NCBI RefSeq assembly: GCF_964355755.1
Contig: NC_092676.1
Location: forward strand, 25,438,871 to 25,502,870
DNA length: 64,000 nucleotides
Direction of reading: 5' to 3'
Source of the DNA: Antedon mediterranea
Taxonomy: Eukaryota > Animalia > Echinodermata
Shown here piece after piece: positions 38,501 to 51,210 of the stretch; positions within the stretch are counted from its first letter, which is position 1, and each line of letters starts with the position of its first letter. A program made the translations under genes and the position numbers. Below the pieces are notes generated by a model. The model was not told where the DNA came from and ran no database searches. It saw nothing but the letters and a program-made list of their open reading frames with translations.

Positions 38501-41500
38501 AGTCTCTACTTACAAGTGTTCAAGAGTAAAAAAGCTGTAATCTGAAAAAAAATGAAACGAATGTAGTACTACTTAGTATCACTTGCAAATTCCCCGTCAC
38601 ATTCAAATTCTTTTTTTTTCTTTTAGCCTATACTGTTGCCATAAATTGGTAAATATTATTATATACTAACAGTCAAATCGCGTGCGATGATAGCTGTGAT
38701 AGTCGGCATTCACTTGATGTTGTTCATTGCTGTTATGTTTGAAGTGTAGAAGAACCTACAAGTTTTAACAATTAATTTTGCATAAGCACATCAACTATAT
38801 AAGATATAATCACAAAACACCTCTCAGTGCAAAATACAAAGCGGGTGAGATTAAGGACAATAGAAAATAATGGAAACCACTATCATCTTCAGAGAATATA
38901 ATTAAAAGTAGTCTTTAACAAAAAAAGTCTCTAACCTCATTTGCGTCAGATGTCCAAGTAAAAGGCTGAAATTCGGTCGCACAATACATAGACTCTCGTT
39001 TCGTTGTTGTATCAATAATCTAATATATTTTGTTAAAAGTAACAAAAAGAAAATCAAATACGAATTTCCACCTTGGAAAGATTAACCCGAAAGCCTATAA
39101 AATAATAAAGCATTTACTCGCCTTCATAAAACTGCTACATGACTGATCAGATAATACAAAGTCCGAGATTGTTAGTATGACACGCCGAAGATCATTTGGA
39201 TGTAACCGGATGATAAGGAAGGAGTCTGTGTTTGTTGCTGTAGTCTGTGGCCAGCTAAAAACACCTGGAATTTCGGCATCTTTGAATGATATTACAGCTA
39301 TGGAATAAAAATCTATGTCGTATTATACACACTTTGATAGCTAACCAACTAATTGTATTTGCAACTAATGTGCAGACATTGACAAACGTCACGCGCTCCT
39401 GCGCGCCTAGTTATTTCATGCGCAGATACATGTTCAGTGTCAACTTACCGGCTGCCTGTATAGTAGAAATAGACCTATATGTTGCATTGTACACCAAGTA
39501 ATTTCGATATGGCGTTAAAGCACAGTAAGATATAATGAGCTCGTTGCTTTGAGATGTCCAAGAGAACGGGTACAGACTTCCATACACGACAATTCCTTCT
39601 GCGTCATCAGTCCTATCATCAATCTGTAGGAAATACAATCTAGAAATCACCACTTTGCAATACAACTCTATGAACGTTTCACAATGACTATCAAAGTCAT
39701 ATCCAAACTCAAGATCAGTTTCGTTTGCGCATAATCGAACAATTGTTGTATGACATTGAATACGTACATACTGGTACTGGATACGGTACAAATAAGCCCA
39801 TGGCAGAATTATCCTTTATTATTTTCTAGATTTGCCTAAACTTACTCTGAATTGGGGACAGTCATCAAATTGGTAATCAAACTCGCTGAACGTAATCACA
39901 ATTTTCTGGCTTGGATGAACGTGGATCACATTTGTGCAATCTTCTAAAAAGAAGCCTGTGGTTGGTATCGGTTTAACGACATTGACCAATGTTCCTTCAT
40001 CATCGTAGTTGACAGCAGAACAATCTAAAACACCAAGAAAACCCGAATAAAAACAAGACAAACATGGAGTTTGAGTGAGTAATACTTTTGCAAGGATTAA
40101 GAGCTTGTATCTCTAAATTCCGTCACTAATATTGCTTGAAGTATTTGAACATTTTGTGCATAATGCTTGGTTCTTAACACGCAAGACAAGGACGATGGAT
40201 TATTCGAACTGTTGCTTGTCATTGGTCAACACGCTTACGTTGCATCCTACTGGAAATCAAGCATTATGTAGCATGTACCTTCTATGTCCCTAATCTCCTT
40301 AGAAACGGTAGCTATAAAGCCAGTGAACGCGACAGCAGAATCCGTCCGGAACCTCACAAGAAGGCTGTTACCAGAAGATGTCCACGTCATTTGATCCTGT
40401 GTTCCACAGATCTTGTCGGCAGCACCCGACAGCACATCTTCAATCTGTAATTATTGTTATTTAGTCATTAAGAAAATAGTAATCAAATTAAAACTCAGAA
40501 CCAACGTAATGGAAATTAATTCGATTCATACAGTGAAAAAGAGTAGCTTCTTTACTGTCTGCTCAAAGAATTTAAAAAGTTTAGAAAAGGCCCAAATTGG
40601 TTGCTGCTATGGTTAGAAAAAATGTTAAGAAAGAGACTGCTAATCATATCATTAAAATTGTTCCGACGTATCCGACCATTGAGCGGCTCCGAATTTGGTA
40701 ATAAAATTTACCTCTACGTAGTCTTGGTTGCAGTCTCCTTGTTGTAGTACAAAGTGGGTAAACTGCATCAGGATTCGTTTGTCCGGTTTTAATTGTACAG
40801 TTATATCGCACACTTCATTCTTGATGTACAGACCTCTGACCAGACGAGATTTGACCGTAGCTGTTGCAGTGGTATCTAAGTCCACATAGTCGTGACAATC
40901 TATGGACAATTAATTTGAGCCAAATTAGTGCCGCAACAGAAATGCCAAAATATTAGAAATTATAATATAATATGACGTAACAACAATTTTTTAAAAGCAC
41001 CTACCACGTTGGATGAAAATAGCAAAAATATCTGCAAATCCTATACCCTCGCCTGTAAAATAAAGTGTTTGAATGTTAAAATCGACACTTTTTAATATAA
41101 TTACAGCAGTAGGTCTAAATTGTAGGTCTTCGAAATCTTACCACTGGAAGTGTCTCCGGCAGTGTCTCGTGTGCTGTAGGCAAAGTAAGGTCTACCGGCA
41201 GATGTGGTTTCATAGTAGCAAAATCCAGTCAGAGCGGATACGTCTTCCAAGTCAAACCACATTTTACCGAAAGAACAGTTGGAATCTGCTGCATGGCCGT
41301 CCCTAAAATATAAGTATGCTTATGTAATACTTAGGCCTACTAGCGGTCAAGATATCCTGTTACTACTACTTACTACTTCTGTTACTACTGGGGGCAGTTA
41401 TCAATTCACTATTGGCAAATGGTGAAAACCACACTACCAGTTTACAACTTACTCAATTTCAAATGGCAAATGAAATACTCTCCGGTCGTCACCAGTAAGA

Positions 41501-44500
41501 TCACACTCTCTCAGGTCTGTATAAGGACTATATATCAAGTTCTCACACTTGAACCAATCAGTGTTACTTTTCGATTCTTCGGCGTAGAATCGGAGTTGCC
41601 GAACATTCACACCGTCCTTGTATAGATTTATTTTGATCTGTAAAAGAAAAATTTATAAACGGTTGATCGGTAACATCTTTCTACAGTAGCACTAATCAAG
41701 AGAAGTCCAGACTGCAAATTACCCAAGTATAGATAGGTAACAATTAACCTCACCAGCAGTTAAGTAAGCGTTATGGAAGATAAATATTTAGCTCTGAAAA
41801 AGGAACATGGTCATCAAGTAGGCTTAAACAGAAGTACGTCATGGGAAACTGCGATAGTATTCAACTGGCTTACCCTCTTGATTCCTAGCTCAGTCCAATC
41901 CAACATTAGGTCACTTTTATAGAGTTCTCTATATAAAGTAGACTTGATATCTGGTGGAAAAAATCCGTAAGCTCTTGGATCTATCCATCTGCTGTACGTG
42001 TTTTCATAATTTCCAGCAACGTTGCGAAAGATAAGCTCCCAATCTAAAAATACAAGGACATTGATAACATTATTTTGAAAATCATTAGTGGGGACCGAAG
42101 TCGTACAGTAAATTACAAGGTTATTTGGCAGTAAGCAATGTAATGAAGTTTACCTGCCGGTGGTGTCCTTTGGAGAGAGCGATAAGAAACAGTGAATCCT
42201 CTGAATTCTTCGTTAGCATCCGAAGTAAACGTCACAATGACGGCATTGCTTCGTGAGATCCACGTGAATTCTTGTTGGTGACCGCAATATGTATCTAGTA
42301 AGAAGTTGCTGTAGTAAATATCTTTCACCTAAAAAAATACATACTGGTAAATAGTTTTGTTATTTTTACTTTCGACTAATTCTACTAAGGTCAAGATAGG
42401 AACTCGTAACAGTTCTTTGATCTTATGTCTGGTTGCGACAAATACCAACAGTATTTTCCGCGGCACACCGTGTCCGTTAAGTATCGTGGAACTGATCATG
42501 TCGCAGCCACAGTTCAAACCTTTGATCTCCGGTGCTCAGCATCCTTAGTTCTACTTACCACGATCTTATCTGGACACGATAATGTCGGCTGTGGACTTTG
42601 TGATCGGCTACTACTCCACGGTGTAGTAACGATGTCTCCACTCTCGAGCCAAAACTCGTGGAAAGTGATCAGGATGTATTTATCTGGTTGCACTTGTATG
42701 TAGTACTGCACTTTAGAATTTTTTGGATATGCCTCTGGGAAGTTTGGACTCGTGAAGGTTCCTGTACTGTCCGTCATGTGAAGGTTGAACTCTGTTGAAA
42801 ACAATGACGTTTGTACTGTAGTGTTCTGCCCAACAGCTCAGATTCTAGTACATGTGTAACCACCATTCTAAAAAGATCTAGGCAAACTTACCAGAAGCAG
42901 GTGGTCTGTCTTTGATCTCGTATCCAATGACGAATCCTTCGTATGTTTGGGAGTCATCCGTCAGGAAGTGGATCCTTGCTTCATTGCTATCTGACATCCA
43001 TGAGAACTGTGGCACAATGCCGCAATAGGTTTCTGAGCGTCTTGAAAACAAATCTTCAATCTATAAAATAACGTCATATTTATAATAAGACCTTACTGGA
43101 GAGATATAGTTATCTAGCCTACTGTATAGACTACAAAGCCTGGTAATAGAGATTAAGAAGATCATTGCAACGTACTGAGGAGAAAGAGTTATCTAGCCTA
43201 CAGTAAACTAAAATTCTGGTAATAGAGTAAGAAGATCATTGCAACTTATTACTAAGGAGATAGTTATCTAGCCTACAGTAAACTGAAATTCTGGTAAAAG
43301 AGTAAGAAGATCATTGCAACTTATTACTAAGGAGATAGTTATCTAGCCTACAGTAAACTGAAATTCTGGTAAAAGAGTAAGAAGATCATTGCAACTTATT
43401 ACTAAGGAGATAGTTATCTAGCCTACAGTAAACTAAAATTCTGGTAAAAGAGTAAGAAGATCATTGCAACTTATTACTAAGGAGATAGTTATCTAGCCTA
43501 CAGTAAAAGAAAGAAAAAGAAAATAAACAGTACAAGAGAATATACGGCTTACCACAAGTTTATCAGCTGTACAACCCGTACTAGGCTCCAAGTTGAATTG
43601 GTCAAAGTAGAACACAATCCTATGTAGAGGGTCAGCGTGGATCACATACTCACAGTTTAAACTGTTGTCATAATTATCCGGGAAATTAGCTGATGTTATA
43701 AACCCTTGTCGAAGTTTTTTGTCCGAAGTGATTTCAATAAATTTATAACAGGCTAAAACGAATGTATTTTATGTATCAAAATTTCAATTCACTTTCATTA
43801 TATATAATGCACTGCCTATAACAAATAATGTGAATCTGTTTCTCCGTCAGGACCATTAGGATTGATTACAAATGACAATTGTAAAATGACTTACTCGGAG
43901 CAGTGTCAATGGTACTGTATGTTGCTTTAAATCGGTTAAAAACTAAATTCATATCCGTAACAAAGTCTAATTGGACGACATTAGACTCAGAAATCCAGGA
44001 GAATGGTTGCTTTGTACCACAGTAACTACTTATTCGACGATCTGATATCTTGTCAGATATCTGCAAGAACAGTGAATATGTATAACAACGAGGTACAAAT
44101 GAAATTTGGTTGGTTAGTTGGTTTACATTTTGATTAACATACAATTATACAATGAATGAATAAATGAATGAAGAGATCTTATTCATAATGATTTCCACAA
44201 AACAATCAGTGGTTGATTTACTAGTCATCACTGATGTTCATACGGGTATAATATCAATCAATCAATCAAAGTAACATTTATTTCTCGTGTCTTTCATAGA
44301 AAATAAAAATTAACAGTAAAAATTATTAAAATAAGAGGGGCAACATTCCTAAAAAGCAAAGCTTGTATAAGGCAGCCCATAGAAACTGAAAGAAAAAAAA
44401 CAGGACAACAAGGGACCCGGAAACAGGACAAAAACAGTAATGAAGACTTTAAGTTTTAGGGTACCGAAAAGACTAAATATCAAAACTACAATGAGTGAAA

Positions 44501-47500
44501 GGATAATTAAACATAACTAGATAAGAGGTGCCGTTTCAATTTAAAAGAAAAACTCTTCTTAGACAAAGCACTTTTTATATTAACTGGTACGTTATCCCAG
44601 AGTTTAGGACCAGTGAACTTAATGCTATGTTTAAAAGAAGTAGTTTTAAAAAAAGGAATACGTATTTGATTTGCACTCCGAGTACTGTGGTTATGAAAAT
44701 TAAGATTGAAACTAAATAAATCATCAAAGTGAGATGGCAGGATCGAGTTTAGCCATGAATAGAGGAAAACACTTTGTTGAAGATGGTTAATATCCTGAAT
44801 TTTAAGAAGACCAAATGAAGAAAATAAAGGATTGGAATGGGATAAAGGAGGAGCATTTGCTATGTATCTTACGGTTTTCTTTTGGATCAATAACAGTTTG
44901 TTTAAGTAGGACGGGTATGTATTACCCCAAATAATATTAAAGTAAGTGAGGTAAGGGAGGATTAGTGAACAGTAAAGAATCCGGAGTATGTTTTGAGGGA
45001 TGAAAGATGATAATCTATATATGATACCAGCACTTTTGGATATTTTGTTTTCGACTTGAGTAATCTGATGTTTCCAATTTAGCTTACTGTCCAGATAAAC
45101 ACCAAGAAATTTAGTTTTCTCAACAATAGGTATTAATTGATCTTTAATTTTTAGTTTAAAAGTACTAGTATTTAGTGGTATTTGTGAATTTTAGAACACC
45201 ATACAACAGCACTTCTTTAGATTAACAGAAAGTTTGTTTGCAGAAAAGTATGTTAAAATTTTGGGTAGATTTTCGGTTGATATTTTAAAAAGGGAATCTA
45301 TATTTTTATCAGTGTAAATTAGGGTTGTGTCATCAGCATACAACAGAAAAGAAAACATATTTGAGGCATTATGGATATCATTTATGTATAATAAAAATAA
45401 TAGAGGCCCAAGCAGGGAACCTTGAGGGACTCCACAAATAGGAAGAAAATCAGAAAGGGTGTGTTTAAATTTAGTGCATTGCTTGCGGTTTGAAAGGTAG
45501 CTTTCGAATAAATTATATACAGGGCCACGGATTCCATAATTATGTAACTTATATAATAAAATATCGTGATCAATTGTATCAAAGGCCATCGAGAGGTCAA
45601 TGAAAATACCAATGGCAAATTCACCCCTCTCGAAAGCCCCAACAATTTCGTTTGTTAATTGAAGAAGTGCGGTGGATGTATTATAGTTCTTACGAAAGCC
45701 AAATTGTTTATTGTAAAGTATATTATTTTTTTGAAGATAATTATATGTTCGATCATAAATAAGGCGTTCAAGTATTTTGGAAAAGATCGGTAGCACTGAT
45801 ATAGGACGGTAATTACTGGAATCAGATTTGTCACCAGTTTTAAAAATAGGAGTTACTTTAGCTAGTTTAAGGGTGTCAGGAAAGGTGCCATTTACAAAAC
45901 AAAGATTGAAAATGTAGCAGAGGGGTTCAGAAACAAAAGGGATAAGTTGTTTAATAATAGACGGGTTAATATCATCAATGCCAGGTGCTTTACTATTTTT
46001 GAGGCGCATAACAATATCCATAATCTCAAAAACAGTCCCAAGATTGAGAAATAAAGAATTTATGGATGGCGGAGGGAGGTAATTATGTTGGGATCCTCCG
46101 TTAAGTTTCCTTCGAAATGCTTACTTTCATTCGTTTTTATGAGACTATTTATAATTGTCCATGTTCCTTTGATATTATCTTTCTGCTGCTTAAACTTTTT
46201 TTTCATAATAATCGCGTTTAGTTAATTTTATTAAAGAGTTAAGGGAGTTACGGAATTGCTTATATTCATTTATGTTTTTGTCATTCGGATAGCGGAGGGG
46301 GATTTGGAATACAGTTTTTGTTTATGCTTTATTGAATTTAAGAGTTCCAATCCGTCATCCAGGTCTTTATTTTTTTTTTCCTGCAGACTGCTCTTGAATT
46401 GGAAAATGTTTATCATACAGTCGTTTAAATTCAGTTTCAAAAGAAAGTAAAGCAATATTAGGATCATCCGTACCATAAACACCAGTCCAATTCATGTTAG
46501 ACAAATCGTTTTTTATGTTTGAAATATTTGTTTCAGAAAAGGAAAAACATACCTCGACAAGGTTTCCACACGTGCACACTTTCGCTTCTGTTAACCCAAC
46601 ATTAGAATGAAGCTGCAGGCCTTCCAGTATGAATTTTTCAAAGGCTATAAGAACTCTTTTCGTTGCTGCAACGGTTATTTGAAGACGACAGAACTGCTGA
46701 ATGGCATTCTTCTCTGGCCAATATGGTGACGTCAGAACACCCGTCTCCCTTGTGTATTTTCGGTTACACACTGAAGAATAGAAGTTGGGCATTTGCCATT
46801 ATAATTCAATATCGTTTATTGCCTTCATTACTATTTGGATAAATATACATTTCTTGCGAAAAAGAAAATTTCCCCATGGCACATTGGACTGTCCCAGGAC
46901 ATACTAACTTACTTGAACATGGCTCTGCGTTGCAAGGGCGTGTTTCTGCGGCCACTAACTCTGGTATTCCAGGTGCTTCGCAGTAGGTAACCGCAACTTT
47001 TTGCCGGTCTATCCCAGTCGAGTAACAAACTCTATTCAAGAACTCAATACCTTGGATAAATAATAGTATATGATGTAATTATACGAATAGTGCATGTCGT
47101 AGTGTTTCCAGAAGTGCTAATGGGCGTGGTACTCAAAATCCACCTGTAACATTACTGTATAGGACTAATAACCCTTAGGATCTCACAAAATTACAATTTG
47201 GTTTACGGATAACGTCAATACGTACCTCCATTGCACGGGGCACTACATTCACCATATTCAGCCCCCCACTCGTGCGAGTAACCATTGGTGTGCGAGTAAC
47301 CATTGGTATGGGAGTATACAAGGGCCTGTAAAATTCCAATACAAAAAACAATCATTAAATGCCTGTAATTTGGTCTTTCAAGCAGAGCAGGATTTCCAAT
47401 AAAGTTTCTTATGAAAAAAGTATACCTACATATGCGGGATACCACAATTACCATTCTACAGGACCCATTTTTTTAAAAGTATACATAGCATTCTATATTG

Positions 47501-47629
47501 ATAAATTCGGGTAAAATAATTCCGCTGCCATATTGGTTGTATTTCTACCAATTGTATTCTTTTCTAATCTAAAAAAATGCTATGTTTTATACTGACCAAT
47601 GTGAACAATAATAGTTGAATAAATCCCAT
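32541..47629 (-). CDS. Secreted multi-CUB protein, ~1746 aa, 33 exons: signal peptide-TSP1-CUBx3-unidentified domain-CUBx9 (cubilin/rendezvin-like repeats)
   Basis: Phase-consistent exons, 5241 nt in total: 47597-47629, 47226-47325, 46913-47050, 46553-46770, 43895-44060, 43553-43752, 42892-43060, 42559-42791, 42154-42328, 41874-42043, 41453-41637, 41142-41302, 41005-41052, 40712-40899, 40279-40444, 39846-40024, 39449-39623, 39122-39297, 38936-39019, 38671-38755, 38514-38541, 38207-38390, 37657-37822, 37261-37442, 36975-37149, 36425-36618, 36138-36321, 35824-36005, 34678-34861, 33982-34166, 33415-33589, 33089-33276, 32541-32705. CUB motifs such as GxFTSPNYP, CSYDFV, YCG, FHSD and GFxATY recur; no TM segment. 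Confidence 0.85.
34904..35601. mobile_element. Non-autonomous Helentron-like (HINE/DINE-type) element
   Basis: Ends AACAAGGCC...AGTCGCGTG and AGAGTCGCTTCCACGCGACTAAAAA (terminal hairpin), (ACCG)n microsatellites near both ends, A-run flanks and no TSD. Confidence 0.7.
36757..36934. mobile_element. Harbinger-type MITE (GGTTCCCACTAG family)
   Basis: TIRs AGCTTGGTTCCCACTAG/CTAGTGGGAACCACGCT with ACGCAA subterminal repeats; a decayed relative lies at ~40165-40262. Confidence 0.75.
37963..38136. repeat. Unclassified ~170-bp interspersed repeat
   Basis: AAGGCAATCTAAC...TGTGGCTGCGA...TTTGTCGCAGCCAGACATAAGAT...GAGTTCC.ATCTT; also at ~24541-24733 and inverted at ~42386-42540. Confidence 0.75.
43098..43506. 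repeat. 58-bp tandem repeat (~7 copies), intronic
   Basis: Units read GGAGATAGTTATCTAGCCTACAGTAAACTGAAATTCTGGTAAAAGAGTAAGAAGATCATTGCAACTTATTACTAA-like, with degenerate left copies. Confidence 0.85.
44252..46545 (-). mobile_element. 5'-truncated, frameshifted non-LTR retrotransposon (CR1/L2-group LINE, ORF2 reverse transcriptase)
   Basis: RT motifs KAPGID, NYRPISVLPIFSKILE, QFGFR, FIDLSMAFDTIDH, GVPQGSLLGPLLFLLYIND, YADD and KFLGV; C-terminal KLW...LP/VP region; 3' end AATAAA followed by (ATTG)n; several frameshifts and stops. Confidence 0.92.
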
Positions 47630-48311
47630 CCTCTGTGTAGCAGTGTCGGCCGACGAGGAAGAGTGTAATGTGTTTCACGTAAACCGCTTCTATTTAACCG
47701 AGATTATTTCACATAGTATACAGAGGGGTGGACAATGAATCAAGTTTATTAAAATTAATTATATAATTAAATAAAATCATTTAGTAGTTGAAATAATAAT
47801 AACAGTTTAAACAGTTAAACCTGTGTTGCAATTGTTAAATTCAAAATAACTATTAGTAAGAAATATACTTAAATAAAGACTTACATACACTACCTAGTAA
47901 AAACTGGAACCGTCCTAATCCTAGACAGGTGATATTGTAAATAATATGTAAATTAGACCATTTCGGCCGGTTTATGCCACGTGGTGGAGCATAGATTACG
48001 ATTCAAAACCGTTTTAATCAGACGTTTATAGTGTTTTACTGTTTTTAACCTTATTTTTTTCAATGAAACATAATTGTGACAATTAAGCGTAGGTCCTATA
48101 AGTAGGGTAATGCCAATACAGTAGTCTCTAAATATGATGTTAGGGCTAGGTAGTTTGACATTGGGCTACATTACTTATTTTTAGTATAGTAGTTCAGTAC
48201 ATGATTATTCTATTTTGCACGTAAAACATCATATATTGATGTATATATCATAATTGTTAGGCATATTAACTAATATTTAATATTATTCAAATACAAAATT
48301 GGTCGCAGTAC

Positions 48312-51210
48312 CGGGGCGCAGTAGGTTTACCGTACTTCTCAAATCGCGCTGTGTATATGATTCATTGAGTTACGGGGCGCAGTAGGTTTACCGTACTTCT
48401 CAAATCGCGCTGTGTATGATTCATTGAGTTACGGGGCGCAGTAGGTTTACCATACTTCTCAAATCGCGCTGTGTATGATTCATTGAGTTACGGGGCGCAG
48501 TAGGTTTACCGTACTTCTCAAATCGCGCTGTGTATGATTCATTGAGTTACGGGGCACAGTAGGTTTACCCTACTTCTCAAATCGCGCTGTGTATGATTCA
48601 TTGAGTTACGGGGCGCAGTAGGTTTACCATACTTCTCAAATCACGCTGTGTATGATTCATTGAGTTACGGGGCGCAGTAGGTTTACCGTACTTCTCAAAT
48701 CACGCTGTGTATGATTCATTGAGTTACGGGGCGCAGTAGGTTTACCGTACTTCTCAAATCACGCTGTGTATGATTCATTGAGTTACGGGGCGCAGTAGGT
48801 TTACCGTACTTCTCAAATCGCGCTGTGTATGATTCATTGAGTTACGGGGCGCAGTAGGTTTACCGTACTTCTCAAATCGCGCTGTGTATGATTCATTGAG
48901 TTACGGGGCGCAGTAGGTTTACCATACTTCTCAAATCACGCTGTGTATGATTCATTGAGTTACGGGGCGCAGTAGGTTTACCGTACTTCTCAAATCACGC
49001 TGTGTATGATTCATTGAGTTACGGGGCACAGTAGGTTTACCCTACTTTTCAAATCGCGCGCTGTGTATGATTCATTGAGTTACGGGGCGCAGTAGGTTTA
49101 CCATACTTCTCAAATCGCGCGCTGTGTATGATTCATTGAGTTACGGGGCGCAGTAGGTTTACCGTACTTCTCAAATCGCGCTGTGTATGATTCATTGAGT
49201 TACGGGGCGTAGTAGGTTTACCATACTTCTCAAATCGCGCTGCGTATGATTCATTGAGTTACGGGGCGCAGTAGGTTTACCGTACTTCTCAATTCGCGCT
49301 GTGTATGATTCATTGAGTTACGGGGCGCAGTAGGTTTACCGTACTTCTCAAATCGCGCTGTGTATGATTCATTGAGTTACGGGGCGCAGTAGGTTTACCG
49401 TACTTCTCAAAATCGCGCTGCGTATGATTCATTGAGTTACGGGGCGCAGTAGGTTTACCGTACTTCTCAAATCGCGCTGCGTATGATTCATTGAGTTACG
49501 GGGCGCAGTAGGTTTACCGTACTTCTCAAATCGCGCTGTGTATGATTCATTGAGTTACGGGGCGCAGTAGGTTTACCGTACTTCTCAAATCGCGCTGTGT
49601 ATGATTCATTGAGTTACGGGGCGCAGTAGGTTTACCGTACTTCTCAAATCGCGCTGTGTATGATTCATTGAGTTACGGGGCGCAGTAGGTTTACCGTACT
49701 TCTCAAATCGCGCTGTGTATGATTCATTGAGTTACGGGGCGCAGTAGGTTTACCGTACTTCTCAAATCGCGCTGTGTATGATTCATTGAGTTACGGGGCG
49801 CAGTAGGTTTACCGTACTTCTCAAATCGCGCTGTGTATGATTCATTGAGTTACGGGGCACAGTAGGTTTACCGTACTTCTCAAATCGCGCTGTGTATGAT
49901 TCATTGAGTTACGGGGCACAGTAGGTTTACCGTACTTCTCAAATCGCGCTGTGTATGATTCATTGAGTTACGGGGCGCAGTAGGTTTACCGTACTTCTCA
50001 AATCGCGCTGTGTATGATTCATTGAGTTACGGGGCGCAGTAGGTTTACCATACTTCTCAAATCGCGCTGTGTATGATTCATTGAGTTACGGGGCGCAGTA
50101 GGTTTACCATACTTCTCAAATCGCGCTGTGTATGATTCATTGAGTTACGGGGCGCAGTAGGTTTACCGTACTTCTCAAATCACGCTGTGTATGATTCATT
50201 GAGTTACGGGGCGCAGTAGGTTTACCGTACTTCTCAAATCGCGCTGCGTATGATTCATTGAGTTACGGGGCGCAGTAGGTTTACCATACTTCTCAAATCG
50301 CGCTGTGTATGATTCATTGAGTTACGGGGCGCAGTAGGTTTACCATACTTCTCAAATCGCGCTGTGTATGATTCATTGAGTTACGGGGCGCAGTAGGTTT
50401 ACCATACTTCTCAAATCGCGCTGTGTATGATTCATTGAGTTACGGGGCGCAGTAGGTTTACCCTACTTCTCAAATCGCGCTGTGTATGATTCATTGAGTT
50501 ACGGGGCGCAGTAGGTTTACCATACTTCTCAAATCACGCTGTGTATGATTCATTGAGTTACGGGGCGCAGTAGGTTTACCGTACTTCTCAAATCGCGCTG
50601 CGTATGATTCATTGAGTTACGGGGCGCAGTAGGTTTACCATACTTCTCAAATCGCGCTGTGTATGATTCATTGAGTTACGGGGCGCAGTAGGTTTACCAT
50701 ACTTCTCAAATCGCGCTGTGTATGATTCATTGAGTTACGGGGCGCAGTAGGTTTACCATACTTCTCAAATCGCGCTGTGTATGATTCATTGAGTTACGGG
50801 GCGCAGTAGGTTTACCATACTTCTCAAATCGCGCTGTGTATGATTTATTGAGTTACGGGGCGCAGTAGGTTTACCATACTTCTCAAATCGCGCTGTGTAT
50901 GATTCATTGAGTTACGGGGCGCAGTAGGTTTACCATACTTCTCAAATCGCGCTGCGTATGATTCATTGAGTTACGGGGCGCAGTAGGTTCACCGTACTTC
51001 TCAAATCGCGCTGCGTATGATTCATTGAGTTACGGGGCGCAGTAGGTTTACCATACTTCTCAAATCGCGCTGTGTATGATTCATTGAGTTACGGGGCGCA
51101 GTAGGTTTACCATACTTCTCAAATCGCGCTGTGTATGATTCATTGAGTTACGGGGCGCAGTAGGTTTACCATACTTCTCAAATCGCGCTGTGTATGATTC
51201 ATTGAGTTAC
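48312..51210. repeat. 59-bp satellite/minisatellite, ~49 near-identical copies
   Basis: Unit GGGGCGCAGTAGGTTTACCGTACTTCTCAAATCGCGCTGTGTATGATTCATTGAGTTAC, head-to-tail with no spacers. Confidence 0.97.

Noticed and set aside
32541-47629. Naming the CUB gene CUBN, tolloid or EBR1
   Set aside because: It has no EGF repeats, no astacin or reprolysin domain and no alternating TSP1-CUB units, so orthology cannot be supported from the sequence alone.
48312-51210. CRISPR array
   Set aside because: Units are contiguous with no unique spacers, there are no cas genes, and the context is a spliceosomal eukaryotic genome.
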